Made by a program: the position numbers and the translations under genes | Notes under the pieces: generated by a model | Database searches by the model: none | Seen by the model: only the letters and a program-made list of their open reading frames with translations | What the model was told of the DNA's origin: nothing | Shown: positions 53,044 through 62,349 of the stretch, piece after piece | Layout: every line of letters starts with the position of its first letter | Numbering within the stretch: the first letter of the stretch is position 1 | Source: Methylophilaceae bacterium | GTDB taxonomy: Bacteria; Pseudomonadota; Gammaproteobacteria; Burkholderiales; Methylophilaceae | Length of the DNA stretch: 64,000 nucleotides | Direction of reading: 5' to 3' | Assembly: GCA_031399315.1 (NCBI GenBank) | Contig: JANNOS010000106.1 | Coordinates: forward strand, 32,385-96,384

Positions 53044-53078
53044 GATTTTGCCTTAAGTTAAATTGTTTCATTGTGCTA

Positions 53079-53102
53079 ATATTAGGGCATTAACCCTAAT
53101 AT
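53079..53102. promoter_or_regulatory. Perfect 9-bp inverted repeat in a divergent promoter
   Basis: atattaggg-cattaa-ccctaatat. Confidence 0.55.
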
Positions 53103-53127
53103 CAATGCTACGCAATCAGGATAAAGT

Positions 53128-53586
53128 ATGTCACAAGATCAACTTCCACGTGAATTTGAACCACTTAATAAGTTCGCTATTAAAGCAATGCTTTGGCTAA
53201 ATGGCTTCGCACATATTATTATTGGCCTAGCGCTAGCTATTTCCGTGCTTATGTTTACTTGGTTATTTTTTGAAGATGTACATAAAGCAGCTAATGCACA
53301 CAACCTTGTGCATGGTTTTTTGCACGCACTTGGCACATTGATGCTGCTGTGGTCAATCTCTGCGCTGATTTCAGCTGAAATCCGCTATCTCATGGGTAGC
53401 AAACTACAAGTCGAAACCTTTATTGAAGTGGTATTAGTACTATTCTTACGTAAATTGATTGTAATGCCTGTGCAAGATGCAACACCTACACTAGAAGAAA
53501 TTAGCATGTGGGCTGGTGGTGCATTTGTATTAAGTCTGGTTTATGTGATGGTGCGTTGGTCTGACCAAAATACTCAAGAAAGATAA
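53128..53586 (+). CDS. PsiE-family membrane protein
   Basis: Four TM helices; LISAEI, FIEVVLV..LRKLI pattern. Confidence 0.7.
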   Translation: MSQDQLPREFEPLNKFAIKAMLWLNGFAHIIIGLALAISVLMFTWLFFEDVHKAANAHNLVHGFLHALGTLMLLWSISALISAEIRYLMGSKLQVETFIEVVLVLFLRKLIVMPVQDATPTLEEISMWAGGAFVLSLVYVMVRWSDQNTQER

Positions 53587-54057
<471 letters not shown>

Positions 54058-54073
54058 GCTTGGTATGCAAAAT

Positions 54074-54099
54074 AAAAGCCCCGCCTCAGCGGGGCTTTT
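54074..54099. terminator. Bidirectional intrinsic terminator
   Basis: aaaagccccgc-ctca-gcggggctttt. Confidence 0.85.
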
Positions 54100-54114
54100 A
54101 AAAGACTTTAAATC

Positions 54115-54816
54115 TTAATCACGACCACCAAAAGACATCAATATATTCAACAAGCTAGTGAAAATATTATAGATGCTGATAAACAACGATAATGTTGCCA
54201 TCACATAGTTGGTTTCGCCACCACGTACAATTTGATTCACTTCGTACATAATAAAACCTGAGGAAATGAGCACAAAAATAGATGAAATAGCGATTGAGAA
54301 TGCGGGTAATTGCAAAAACATATTAGCAAGAATGGCAATAAACGCAACCATCACACCGATAGATAAAAATTTACCCATATAGCTAAAATCTTTTTTAGTG
54401 GTGGCGCCAATGGCTGCCATGGTTAAAAAGATAAGGCCCGTGCTACCCGCCGCTAAACCAACCAATTGTGCGCCATTACTCAAATTTGCCGCATGTTGTA
54501 AAAGCGGGCCCATCATTAAACCTAATAAAAATGTATAAACAAACAACAGCACAATGCCTATACTGCTATTGCGGTTAGCGCTAATGGCCATTTGCATGCC
54601 AATGGTGATTAACATAAACGCGCCAAACGCCATAAACGGGTGCATGGCAATAATGCTGAAATTAATGCCCATACCAATGACTGCGCCAATCACGGTTGGA
54701 ATCATGGTGAGGCCAAGCAACATGTAAGTGTTGCGTAACACCTTATTTTGCGTAGTAGATAAACTACCTTCGCGGCCTAATACTTGCATATTATCTGACA
54801 TTTCTAAATTCCTCAT
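54115..54816 (-). CDS. yccA: Bax inhibitor-1/YccA family protein
   Basis: NKVLRNTY.LL, T.KDFS.MG, GGETNY..ATL..F..IYN.F; alternative start at 54801. Confidence 0.9.
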   Translation of the reverse strand: MRNLEMSDNMQVLGREGSLSTTQNKVLRNTYMLLGLTMIPTVIGAVIGMGINFSIIAMHPFMAFGAFMLITIGMQMAISANRNSSIGIVLLFVYTFLLGLMMGPLLQHAANLSNGAQLVGLAAGSTGLIFLTMAAIGATTKKDFSYMGKFLSIGVMVAFIAILANMFLQLPAFSIAISSIFVLISSGFIMYEVNQIVRGGETNYVMATLSLFISIYNIFTSLLNILMSFGGRD

Positions 54817-54890
54817 TCAATAGTTACCAAATGGCAACACTACTTAAGATAGCGATTAATCGCAAAAGTTTCAAGTGAAATATTGTGAAT

Positions 54891-54940
54891 TTTTTGTATC
54901 TTTGATTCCCAATACTTTTTGTATCTTTGATTCCCAATAC
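54891..54940. repeat. 25-bp exact tandem duplication
   Basis: tttttgtatctttgattcccaatac x2. Confidence 0.9.
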
Positions 54941-54992
54941 AATGTATATTGGGAAGAGTTAAATTAGCGCAGTTTTTTTAAATAGATTGCCA

Positions 54993-55433
54993 ATGCCATA
55001 TTTAATTCGCTTAGTCTATATCAGCCGCTCTACTGCGGCGAGTAAAGATATAAACCACATACAAGAAGTTGCCAATCAGATTCTTGACAAAGCGCGCCTG
55101 TTTAATGAAGAAAAAGGCATCACTGGCATTTTATGTTTTAGCAGCGATTGTTATTTTCAATGTCTAGAAGGTGCTAAAACTGCAGTCGAGCTTCTGTACT
55201 CGAAACTCTTAAACGACCCGCGTCACACAGACCTTAAGATTGTTATAAAAGAACCTATCACTTCGCTTTCATTTGCCAAATGGCAGATGAAGTATGTAGC
55301 AGATGTGAGTATGATGATTCCCTTAATCAGATTACATGGTCACAAAACATTTAGCCCTTACGATTTTGCCGAGAATCTAATTTTAGATTTACTAGATTTT
55401 TTAAGCCAAAAATGTACAGATGGTAAATGCTAA
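54993..55433 (+). CDS. Stand-alone BLUF blue-light sensor
   Basis: RLVYIS (Tyr), N..KGITG, FQCLEG (Gln), DPRH, FAKWQM; start at ATG 54993 or TTG 54987. Confidence 0.92.
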   Translation: MPYLIRLVYISRSTAASKDINHIQEVANQILDKARLFNEEKGITGILCFSSDCYFQCLEGAKTAVELLYSKLLNDPRHTDLKIVIKEPITSLSFAKWQMKYVADVSMMIPLIRLHGHKTFSPYDFAENLILDLLDFLSQKCTDGKC

Positions 55434-57115
55434 TTAAACACGTGCTTTATTTGCAGTTGCACCGTTTGCAGCCCCTTGTATTCATTAGCCTCTAGCGCAT
55501 ATGCGGCGGTGATTTTTTCTGATAAGTTATCAATGCAATTAAAATAAATCGCATCAAACCGCTTCTGCGCTTTCTCCAGCAACAGCTTTAAATGTTTTTC
55601 GCCGACAACACGTTGATTAATCACTTTAAATTCATCGCAAAAAATTGGTTGTGGAAAGCCTTGACCCCATACGCCAGAAGCCAATACCCATGCGGTCTGC
55701 AGACTCATGTCATTTGCGTTTAAAGGGCCGTCAGTTTCAAGTACTGCTTGCAAGTCGGCTTGTGTAAGAAGGCTACGCGTCACACTTTCAAACGCGTTTT
55801 GAAACTTCACAAAATCACTTTCTTTAATGCTCAAGCCCGCGGCCATGGCGTGACCACCGAACTTCAAAATAAGTTGCGGATGTTGCTTGGTAATTAAATC
55901 AAGCGCATCGCGTAAATGCAGATTAGCAATTGAGCGACCTGAGCCCTTAAGTATTCCATCGCCTGCTTCTGCAAATACAATTGTTGGGCGGTGATAGCGC
56001 TCTTTTAAGCGTGAAGCCAAAATACCAATCACGCCTTGATGATAATCGGCGTTAAAAATGCTTAGGCTAAAATTATCAGTCACATCAATATTTTCCAATG
56101 CAATCAACGCACTATCTTGCATATCTGCCTCAATATTGCGGCGTTCCATATTCAGCTCGTGCAGTGTTTGCGCTTTTTGCATGGCATCAGATTCGGTTTC
56201 AGCCAATAAACACGCAATGCCAAGCCGCATGTCATCGAGCCTGCCAGCCGCATTCAATCGGGGCCCTACATAAAACCCTAAATCTTGTGCGGTGACTTTT
56301 TCAGGGGCTTTTCCTGCGATTTTCAATAGCGCTGTAATGCCTTGACAACAAACACCCGCGCGGATGCGACGCAAGCCTTGCTCGACCAAAATACGATTAT
56401 TTGAATCTAACTTCACTAAATCGGCCACAGTACCAAGCGCAACCAAATCAAGCAGTTCGGTTAAATTAGGTTCGGCTTTATTCGCAAAGCTACTGCGTGT
56501 GCGCAGCTCCGCACGCAAAGCCAGCAATACGTAAAACATCACGCCAACACCTGCTAAATTTTTACTTGGAAAATTACAACCGTGTTGATTTGGGTTCACA
56601 ATACAAGCCGCTTGTGGCGTGGTTTCCGCAGGCAAATGGTGATCGGTAATCAGCACCTGCAAACCCAATAAATTCGCGGCTTCCACGCCATCGACACTCG
56701 CAATGCCATTATCGACCGTAAGCAAAATATCCGGCTTCAAAGTAGCGGCGAGTTGCACGATTTCTGGCGTTAAGCCATAACCATATTCAAATCGATTGGG
56801 CACCAAAAAATCAACGACTGCCCCCATACTGCGCAAACCCTTCACTGCCACGGTCGTGGCAGTTGCACCATCGGCATCATAATCGCCAATCACTAATATT
56901 TTTTTATTTTTAGCTATGGCATCGGCCAATAATTGCGCCATTTTGCTGCTATTGGCCAGCTGCTCTGGTGGAATAATTCCGCCCAATGATGTTTCTAGTT
57001 CACTTTTACCTGTAACGCCACGCGCCGCATATAATCTTGCTAGTAAGGGGTTAACTCCCTGCTCTACCAATTGCGCCTCAACGGTTGTATCAATTGCGCG
57101 TTGTTTAATTTGCAT
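55430..57115 (-). CDS. recJ: ssDNA exonuclease RecJ
   Basis: GDYDADG, TVDNG, TDHH, ALGTVAD, RLNAAGR, GGHAMAAG. Confidence 0.97.
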   Translation of the reverse strand: MQIKQRAIDTTVEAQLVEQGVNPLLARLYAARGVTGKSELETSLGGIIPPEQLANSSKMAQLLADAIAKNKKILVIGDYDADGATATTVAVKGLRSMGAVVDFLVPNRFEYGYGLTPEIVQLAATLKPDILLTVDNGIASVDGVEAANLLGLQVLITDHHLPAETTPQAACIVNPNQHGCNFPSKNLAGVGVMFYVLLALRAELRTRSSFANKAEPNLTELLDLVALGTVADLVKLDSNNRILVEQGLRRIRAGVCCQGITALLKIAGKAPEKVTAQDLGFYVGPRLNAAGRLDDMRLGIACLLAETESDAMQKAQTLHELNMERRNIEADMQDSALIALENIDVTDNFSLSIFNADYHQGVIGILASRLKERYHRPTIVFAEAGDGILKGSGRSIANLHLRDALDLITKQHPQLILKFGGHAMAAGLSIKESDFVKFQNAFESVTRSLLTQADLQAVLETDGPLNANDMSLQTAWVLASGVWGQGFPQPIFCDEFKVINQRVVGEKHLKLLLEKAQKRFDAIYFNCIDNLSEKITAAYALEANEYKGLQTVQLQIKHVFN

Positions 57116-57641
57116 GTGAGTTTTCTTGGCTTTCTAACTGACCGCCACCGTAACACCAAATACTGTTGATAAGTGGTAGTCGCTTGGCTTCGCGCGCTTG
57201 ATTGATTGGATGCTCAAACAGCAACATTTGAATTTCGTTGGTAAACTGCGCCCATTTGATTGCGCCTTCACCTGTCGGCAAAAACGCGCCAATATCTTTA
57301 TTTATTGCTAATTCTGGGGCAAAAGTTTCAATTTTTGGATTATTTTTCAGCTTTAAAAACCAAGTATCTTCGTGCCAAAAAAATTGCATGTCATCTAGGT
57401 TAAAGTGCTTGTTTAACAAGCCTGTCAGGTCATTTATTTCGTTGTTTTCTAAAGCCAATGGTGCAGGCGCAGCCAAACTAAAACTATCGCGTTGCAACAC
57501 TAAATGCACGGGCGCGGCATATAGCCAATAAGCATTACCAGCATCTTTACCAGCATCTTTACCAGCCGCTTGCCAAGCCTGTGCCGCATTATCTTTTGGA
57601 GTCGAAAAAATTTATTTAAGAAAAACCAGCATATTCAGCAT
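57105..57641 (-). pseudogene. recJ-linked conserved protein (phosphoglycerate-mutase-like family) with an in-frame TAA after codon 9
   Basis: ATG 57641 MLNMLVFLK* (TAA 57612-57614), then the same frame continues IFSTPKDN...YWLYAAPVHLVLQRDSF...NEIQMLLFEHPINQARE...NSIWCYGGG; stop overlaps the recJ start. Confidence 0.55.
57537..57566 (-). repeat. 12-bp tandem repeat (AGKD x2.5)
   Basis: accagcatcttt x2 + accagc. Confidence 0.8.
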
Positions 57642-57683
57642 TTTAACAATGATAGTATCTTAGACTAATAAATGACCTCCAAT

Positions 57684-57713
57684 AAAAAAAGCCACCTTGT
57701 GGGTGGCTTTTTT
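57684..57713 (-). terminator. Intrinsic terminator
   Basis: aaaaaaagccacc-ttgtg-ggtggctttttt. Confidence 0.8.
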
Positions 57714-57764
57714 ACTTACTACTTACTTAAGCAATACTTTGTAAAGTAATCTTAAGTCAAAACA

Positions 57765-58385
57765 TTACCAGTAATTACGGTCATGTTTATTACGACCACG
57801 ACCATGTTTCCAATCTTTACGATCATGCCTGTCGTCATCGTTGTAACTTACATTTGTCACATAACCATTTGGCCTTACTTGTACTTGCACAGGGATAAAA
57901 CGACCTGGGTCTTGGTTGGTCACGGTTGTATATTGACGACCGTTGTACTCGTAATTCACCAAATAACCCACAGGCACTTGATTCCAGTTATCCACTGTTA
58001 CACAACGCTCTACTGGGCGAGTCTCAACACGCTCACGACCACGATTGTCACGGCCATTATTATCGTAACGGTCACCCACAATGGCACCTAAACCAGCACC
58101 AAGTGCGGCAGTAGCGATACGACCACTACCACCACCAAATCGGCTACCAATCAAACCACCTGAGATACCACCGATAATGGCACCTGTATTAGAACGTTGT
58201 GGCGCTTCGTAGTAACTTTCGCGTACATATTCTGTACGACATTCTTGACGTGGTGTGTTCACACGTTCAAATTGTGGTGTTACCGAAATAACACGTGCGC
58301 GATCTTCATAGTTATCATCATGGCTTGCTAATGCAGGCAATGAAACAGTCGCAGCAATTAAACCAAGTAATAAAGTTTGACGCAT
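57765..58385 (-). CDS. Glycine-zipper 2TM (YcfJ-like) secreted protein
   Basis: Signal peptide, ARVISVTP, GAIIGG..GG..G...GGGSG, GY.V.YEYNG. Confidence 0.85.
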   Translation of the reverse strand: MRQTLLLGLIAATVSLPALASHDDNYEDRARVISVTPQFERVNTPRQECRTEYVRESYYEAPQRSNTGAIIGGISGGLIGSRFGGGSGRIATAALGAGLGAIVGDRYDNNGRDNRGRERVETRPVERCVTVDNWNQVPVGYLVNYEYNGRQYTTVTNQDPGRFIPVQVQVRPNGYVTNVSYNDDDRHDRKDWKHGRGRNKHDRNYW

Positions 58386-58538
58386 TTTAAATCTCCTCTA
58401 GTTTCTCTGCCATTTTACTTTCCAACAAAGTGTCGAAATAATTTCGTGCAGATGAGCTAACAACGGAGCAAATTTTAATTAGCCGACAATTATTTTCAGA
58501 TTAATGATTTTCATTAGATGCGCTTTTACTCGTCATAC

Positions 58539-58636
58539 CGAAGAGACCGTAAAGGTCTTCGCCGTGGAATATATATGCTAAAGCATATTATTCACACGCG
58601 AAAAGTCGGAATCCAGCGTGGAGTAAATGCACGGCG
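58539..58636. ncRNA. Candidate structured RNA (unassigned)
   Basis: Four manually found stems forming a hairpin plus a multibranch domain. Confidence 0.35.
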
Positions 58637-58760
58637 TTAGTTGTCTTTCGCTCTGTGTGACTTATCTTTCCCACTATGTGACTTCAGTTACTGTGGCTAT
58701 TTTTTAAGCGCCTATACTTGCGTCAACTACTACACATGTAACAAGTTTTATTGGAGATAA

Positions 58761-59834
58761 ATGATGAAAAGTTTAAAAATTTTACTAGCTGCAACAACAC
58801 TCTTTTTTAACACCATGGCTTATGCAGGCGAGTTTGGTGACCACTGTACCACTGGTCTTTCAAAAGATGCTTTTATACAAACCAAATGTGATATCAAAGA
58901 AGTATTTAATGGAAAAACCTACTGTTTTGGTAGTGAAGGTGCTCGTGATTCATTTCTATTTGACCCACAAGTCACTATAGACAAAGCAGCTACATTTTAC
59001 GCAAAAAATAAACCTACAACTGCTGAGCCAGAACGTGAAAAAATTAGCCAAGCCGATGCACTTAAACAAATTAACAGTAAATCCTGCGACTTAAGTAACA
59101 AAGATGCAGGTTATTTAATTTTTAACGGCTTAGATTTAAGCCATTGCAACATGCAAAACGTCGGCTTTTTTGGCGCAGAGCTGATGGGCGCAAAATTAAA
59201 AGGAGCAAATTTAACAGGCGCTTATTTAAACTTAGCGCGCATCGAAAATGCCGACTTCACTAACGCTAATTTAACCGATGCGATTATCTTTCAAGCGATT
59301 TTTGACAAGGCCAACTTTCATGGTGCTAATCTTACCAACGCGCGCATGATAGGCACCTTGGGCAATGTGGATATGGCCAATGCAACCATTAAAAATGGTA
59401 AATTTGGCTTAGATATTGGCAATCAGCCGATGGGCGCGATGCGCTTTGATGCGATTGGCGGCAATTTTGCCAACAGCAATTTTGAAGGTGCCGATATTAA
59501 TCGCAGCAACTTTAGATTCGCCAATTTACGTGGCGCTAACTTGCGTAACACTGATTTATTCCGCACCGATTTTAGCAAAGCCGATCTAACGGGCGCCGAT
59601 ATTACTGGTGCAAAAATGGGCGAAGCGGTGTTGGATGGCACAATTATGACCGACGTGAAAGGCCTAGAAGCAATTAAAGGCTACGACGAAGCTAAAGGTA
59701 AGTGTGTGAATTGCACAGTGCTTGCCACAAAGCCAGAAACAAAGGCAACAGACATGAATAAAGTCGCGGAGGTAGATTTAATGACGGCTGAAAACCCCGC
59801 CAAAAGCTACTGCAGAATGGGCGCTAGATTCTAG
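58761..59834 (+). CDS. Secreted protein with YHS-like N-terminal domain and pentapeptide repeats
   Basis: Signal peptide; GKTYCFGSEGARDSF (YHS-like); A(D/N)LxxA(N/D)L pentapeptide array; C-terminal CVNC. Confidence 0.82.
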   Translation: MMKSLKILLAATTLFFNTMAYAGEFGDHCTTGLSKDAFIQTKCDIKEVFNGKTYCFGSEGARDSFLFDPQVTIDKAATFYAKNKPTTAEPEREKISQADALKQINSKSCDLSNKDAGYLIFNGLDLSHCNMQNVGFFGAELMGAKLKGANLTGAYLNLARIENADFTNANLTDAIIFQAIFDKANFHGANLTNARMIGTLGNVDMANATIKNGKFGLDIGNQPMGAMRFDAIGGNFANSNFEGADINRSNFRFANLRGANLRNTDLFRTDFSKADLTGADITGAKMGEAVLDGTIMTDVKGLEAIKGYDEAKGKCVNCTVLATKPETKATDMNKVAEVDLMTAENPAKSYCRMGARF

Positions 59835-59901
59835 CTAAATCTTTAGTAGCTCGTCCAAGTTGGCGCGGTTAAGTTAAATGCTTATCCGCGCTTTTTCTTT
59901 A

Positions 59902-60615
59902 TTAACCCTGCACAACTTCAGGTTCAGGCACACCACACAGGCGATTTGCAGGCACGGCAATATCAATCAATTTGGGTTTAGGCAAGTTTAAATTATTCAT
60001 TATAAGCACAAACTCATCTCGTGTTTTTCCTGCTAAACGTGCGTTAATTGCTTTTTCTTGCCCAACGCAACTTACGCGTCTGCCGTTGTAGTCATGCCCT
60101 GGATACACAAGTGTTTCATCTGTAAGGCTAAATATTCTTTTTGTAATACTGTCATACAGCACACCAGCATCGCCACCTTGAAAATCGGTTCGACCACAAC
60201 CGTTGATTAATAATGCATCTCCAGTAAAAATACGGTCTTGGCATAAGCCATGCCATAAGTACGATAAGCTACCAGCAGTATGCCCAGGTGTGGCTATCAC
60301 CTTAACTTTCTGGCTTCCAAACTCCAATTCATCTCCATCATTTAATTGCAAGTCTGCAGTGTTTGCGCCACAGAGCGTGCCCACCCCCGTTTGTACTTTC
60401 AGTCGCTCCCTAAGTAAGCCGCTTGCAGTGATGTGATCGGCATGTACATGGGTTTCTAGCGCATATTTTAAATGTAAATTATGCTGCTTAATCATAGCAA
60501 TATAATCTTCAATGTGGCTTGCTACTGGGTCGATGATAACGGCTTCACGCGCATTCTTATCCACCAAAAAATAGGTATAAGTTGAAGACTCAATATCGAA
60601 CATTTGCTTAAACAT
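59902..60615 (-). CDS. Persulfide dioxygenase (ETHE1/Blh-like MBL-fold)
   Basis: STYTY, ETHVHADHITA, TPGHT, TGDAL...GCGRTDFQ, PGHDY, AVPAN..CG. Confidence 0.9.
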   Translation of the reverse strand: MFKQMFDIESSTYTYFLVDKNAREAVIIDPVASHIEDYIAMIKQHNLHLKYALETHVHADHITASGLLRERLKVQTGVGTLCGANTADLQLNDGDELEFGSQKVKVIATPGHTAGSLSYLWHGLCQDRIFTGDALLINGCGRTDFQGGDAGVLYDSITKRIFSLTDETLVYPGHDYNGRRVSCVGQEKAINARLAGKTRDEFVLIMNNLNLPKPKLIDIAVPANRLCGVPEPEVVQG

Positions 60616-60642
60616 GCTAATACTCCTAGGTACTTTTAAAAT

Positions 60643-60673
60643 TATATTGCAATATATTATATATTTAAATATA
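60643..60673. promoter_or_regulatory. Two TATATT-nn-AATATA palindromes (candidate ArsR/BigR operators)
   Basis: tatattgcaatata (60643-60656) and tatatttaaatata (60660-60673). Confidence 0.55.
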
Positions 60674-60706
60674 ATATAAAGATATTAATTAATTTACGCT
60701 TAAATC

Positions 60707-61021
60707 ATGTTAGAAATTAAAGAAATAAATTTTGATGAACTGCGCGCCAAGGCAGATATCGCAACAAGTTTAATGAAAGTAATGGCGAATGCAGACCGTT
60801 TAATGCTGCTATGCCAGCTATCACAAGGCGAAAAGTCTGTGGGTGAATTGGAAACTATTTTAGATATTCGCCAACCCACGCTTTCGCAACAACTCACAGT
60901 TCTGCGTGAGGCTGAATTGGTCGCAACACGCCGCGAAGGTAAAAGTATTTTCTATCGCGTCTCAAGTAAATCGGCACTCGCTTTAATGCAGGTGTTAAGC
61001 CAAGAAATCTGTAATGCTTAA
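60707..61021 (+). CDS. ArsR-family persulfide sensor (BigR/SqrR-like)
   Basis: RLMLLCQL, QPTLSQQL.VLR, TRREGK.I.Y; two Cys (helix 2 and C-terminus). Confidence 0.88.
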   Translation: MLEIKEINFDELRAKADIATSLMKVMANADRLMLLCQLSQGEKSVGELETILDIRQPTLSQQLTVLREAELVATRREGKSIFYRVSSKSALALMQVLSQEICNA

Positions 61022-61034
61022 AGGATAAATAAAT

Positions 61035-61526
61035 ATGACCATACAAATTACCAAAATCACGGACGACTTTAGCACTGCTCCGCAAATTAGTATTGAGGAT
61101 GTCGCAGAAATTGCGCAGTTGGGTTTTAAAACCATTATTAACAATCGGCCTGACAATGAAGGTGGCACTCAAGATAATATGACACAACCAACGAGCACAC
61201 AACTCAAAATGGCGGCCGAACAAAGAGGCTTAACTTACATTCATATACCAGTTATTCCTAACAATATAGAACCCAGTCAAATTGATGCGTTTAGCACAGC
61301 TTATAACTCAGCTGCAAAACCAGTGTTAGGTTTTTGCCGAACTGGTAACCGCGCAGGCAATATGTTTAAGCTTGCTCAAACAGGCAACTCAAAGCAAGAA
61401 ACTTCACCAAAAGGATTGGTCGCTTGGTTAAAAAACAAATGTTTAATCACGCGTTTATGGCGTTGGTATAAAGCAAAATGTCCGTTAATTTCTGCCAATA
61501 GGGCTTATTGCTGCAAAAAAAATTAA
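61035..61526 (+). CDS. TIGR01244/DUF442 sulfurtransferase
   Basis: GFKTIINNRPDNE, FCRTGNR active loop. Confidence 0.85.
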   Translation: MTIQITKITDDFSTAPQISIEDVAEIAQLGFKTIINNRPDNEGGTQDNMTQPTSTQLKMAAEQRGLTYIHIPVIPNNIEPSQIDAFSTAYNSAAKPVLGFCRTGNRAGNMFKLAQTGNSKQETSPKGLVAWLKNKCLITRLWRWYKAKCPLISANRAYCCKKN

Positions 61527-61527
61527 G

Positions 61528-62340
61528 ATGGCTGACTTTCAACTCGTCAGCATTCTGCTTGGCATGTTTGTAGGCGCTGTATCAGCGCTGACTGGCGCTG
61601 GTGGCTCAATACTAGCAATTCCGTTATTAATGCTTGGCCTTAATATAAGTCTTACGCAGGCCGCACCTATTGCATTATTGTCGGCGTTCTCTGCGGCAAG
61701 CTTGGGTGCAATACAAGGGTTACGAGCTGGCCTAGTACGCTACAAAACTGCGCTATTAATCGCAACATTTGGTATTGCGCTAGCACCATTTGGTGTTTGG
61801 CTTGCCAAGCGAGCACCAACCGAAACACTCAACCTACTTTTCTCGGCAATTTTAATTTATGTCGCTCTACGCATGTGGCAGCAAAGCGCGCGAACACCAG
61901 AAACAAATGAGAATAACCCTGCACTAGCCTGTGTAACAAACCCAGTCACTTCTAAATTATTTTGGACAGCCTTATGCACAAAAAAGCTAATACTTACAGG
62001 TGGCGTAGTTGGTTTACTTTCTGGCCTGCTAGGGGTGGGTGGCGGTTTTGTGATTGTGCCAAGCTTACGCAAAGTAAGTAACTTTGATATACAGACCATC
62101 ATCGCCACTTCACTCACGGTTATTGCACTAGTCTCTGCCGCAAGCGCTTTTACTTATTTGCTTCATGGTGATATTAACTGGAGGATAGCGCCGCCATTTG
62201 TTGTTAGTACAATTATTAGCATGTTTGGTTTTAGGCTACTCAGCAACAAAATGCCTGAAAAATTTAGTCAGCGCGGTTTTGCCTTGTTGGCAGTAACTGC
62301 GGCCTTTATGATAGCTGCTAAAAGTTTAGCTTTATTTTAA
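61528..62340 (+). CDS. TauE/SafE sulfite exporter
   Basis: LTGAGGSILAIP, SGLLGVGGGFVIVP, IATSL..I. Confidence 0.88.
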   Translation: MADFQLVSILLGMFVGAVSALTGAGGSILAIPLLMLGLNISLTQAAPIALLSAFSAASLGAIQGLRAGLVRYKTALLIATFGIALAPFGVWLAKRAPTETLNLLFSAILIYVALRMWQQSARTPETNENNPALACVTNPVTSKLFWTALCTKKLILTGGVVGLLSGLLGVGGGFVIVPSLRKVSNFDIQTIIATSLTVIALVSAASAFTYLLHGDINWRIAPPFVVSTIISMFGFRLLSNKMPEKFSQRGFALLAVTAAFMIAAKSLALF

Positions 62341-62349
62341 CTATTAGCC

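Noticed and set aside
54891-54940. Possible CRISPR repeat
   Set aside because: Adjacent copies with no spacer; no cas genes
57612-57614. Programmed readthrough or recoding
   Set aside because: TAA is not a Sec or Pyl codon, and no recoding structure is seen
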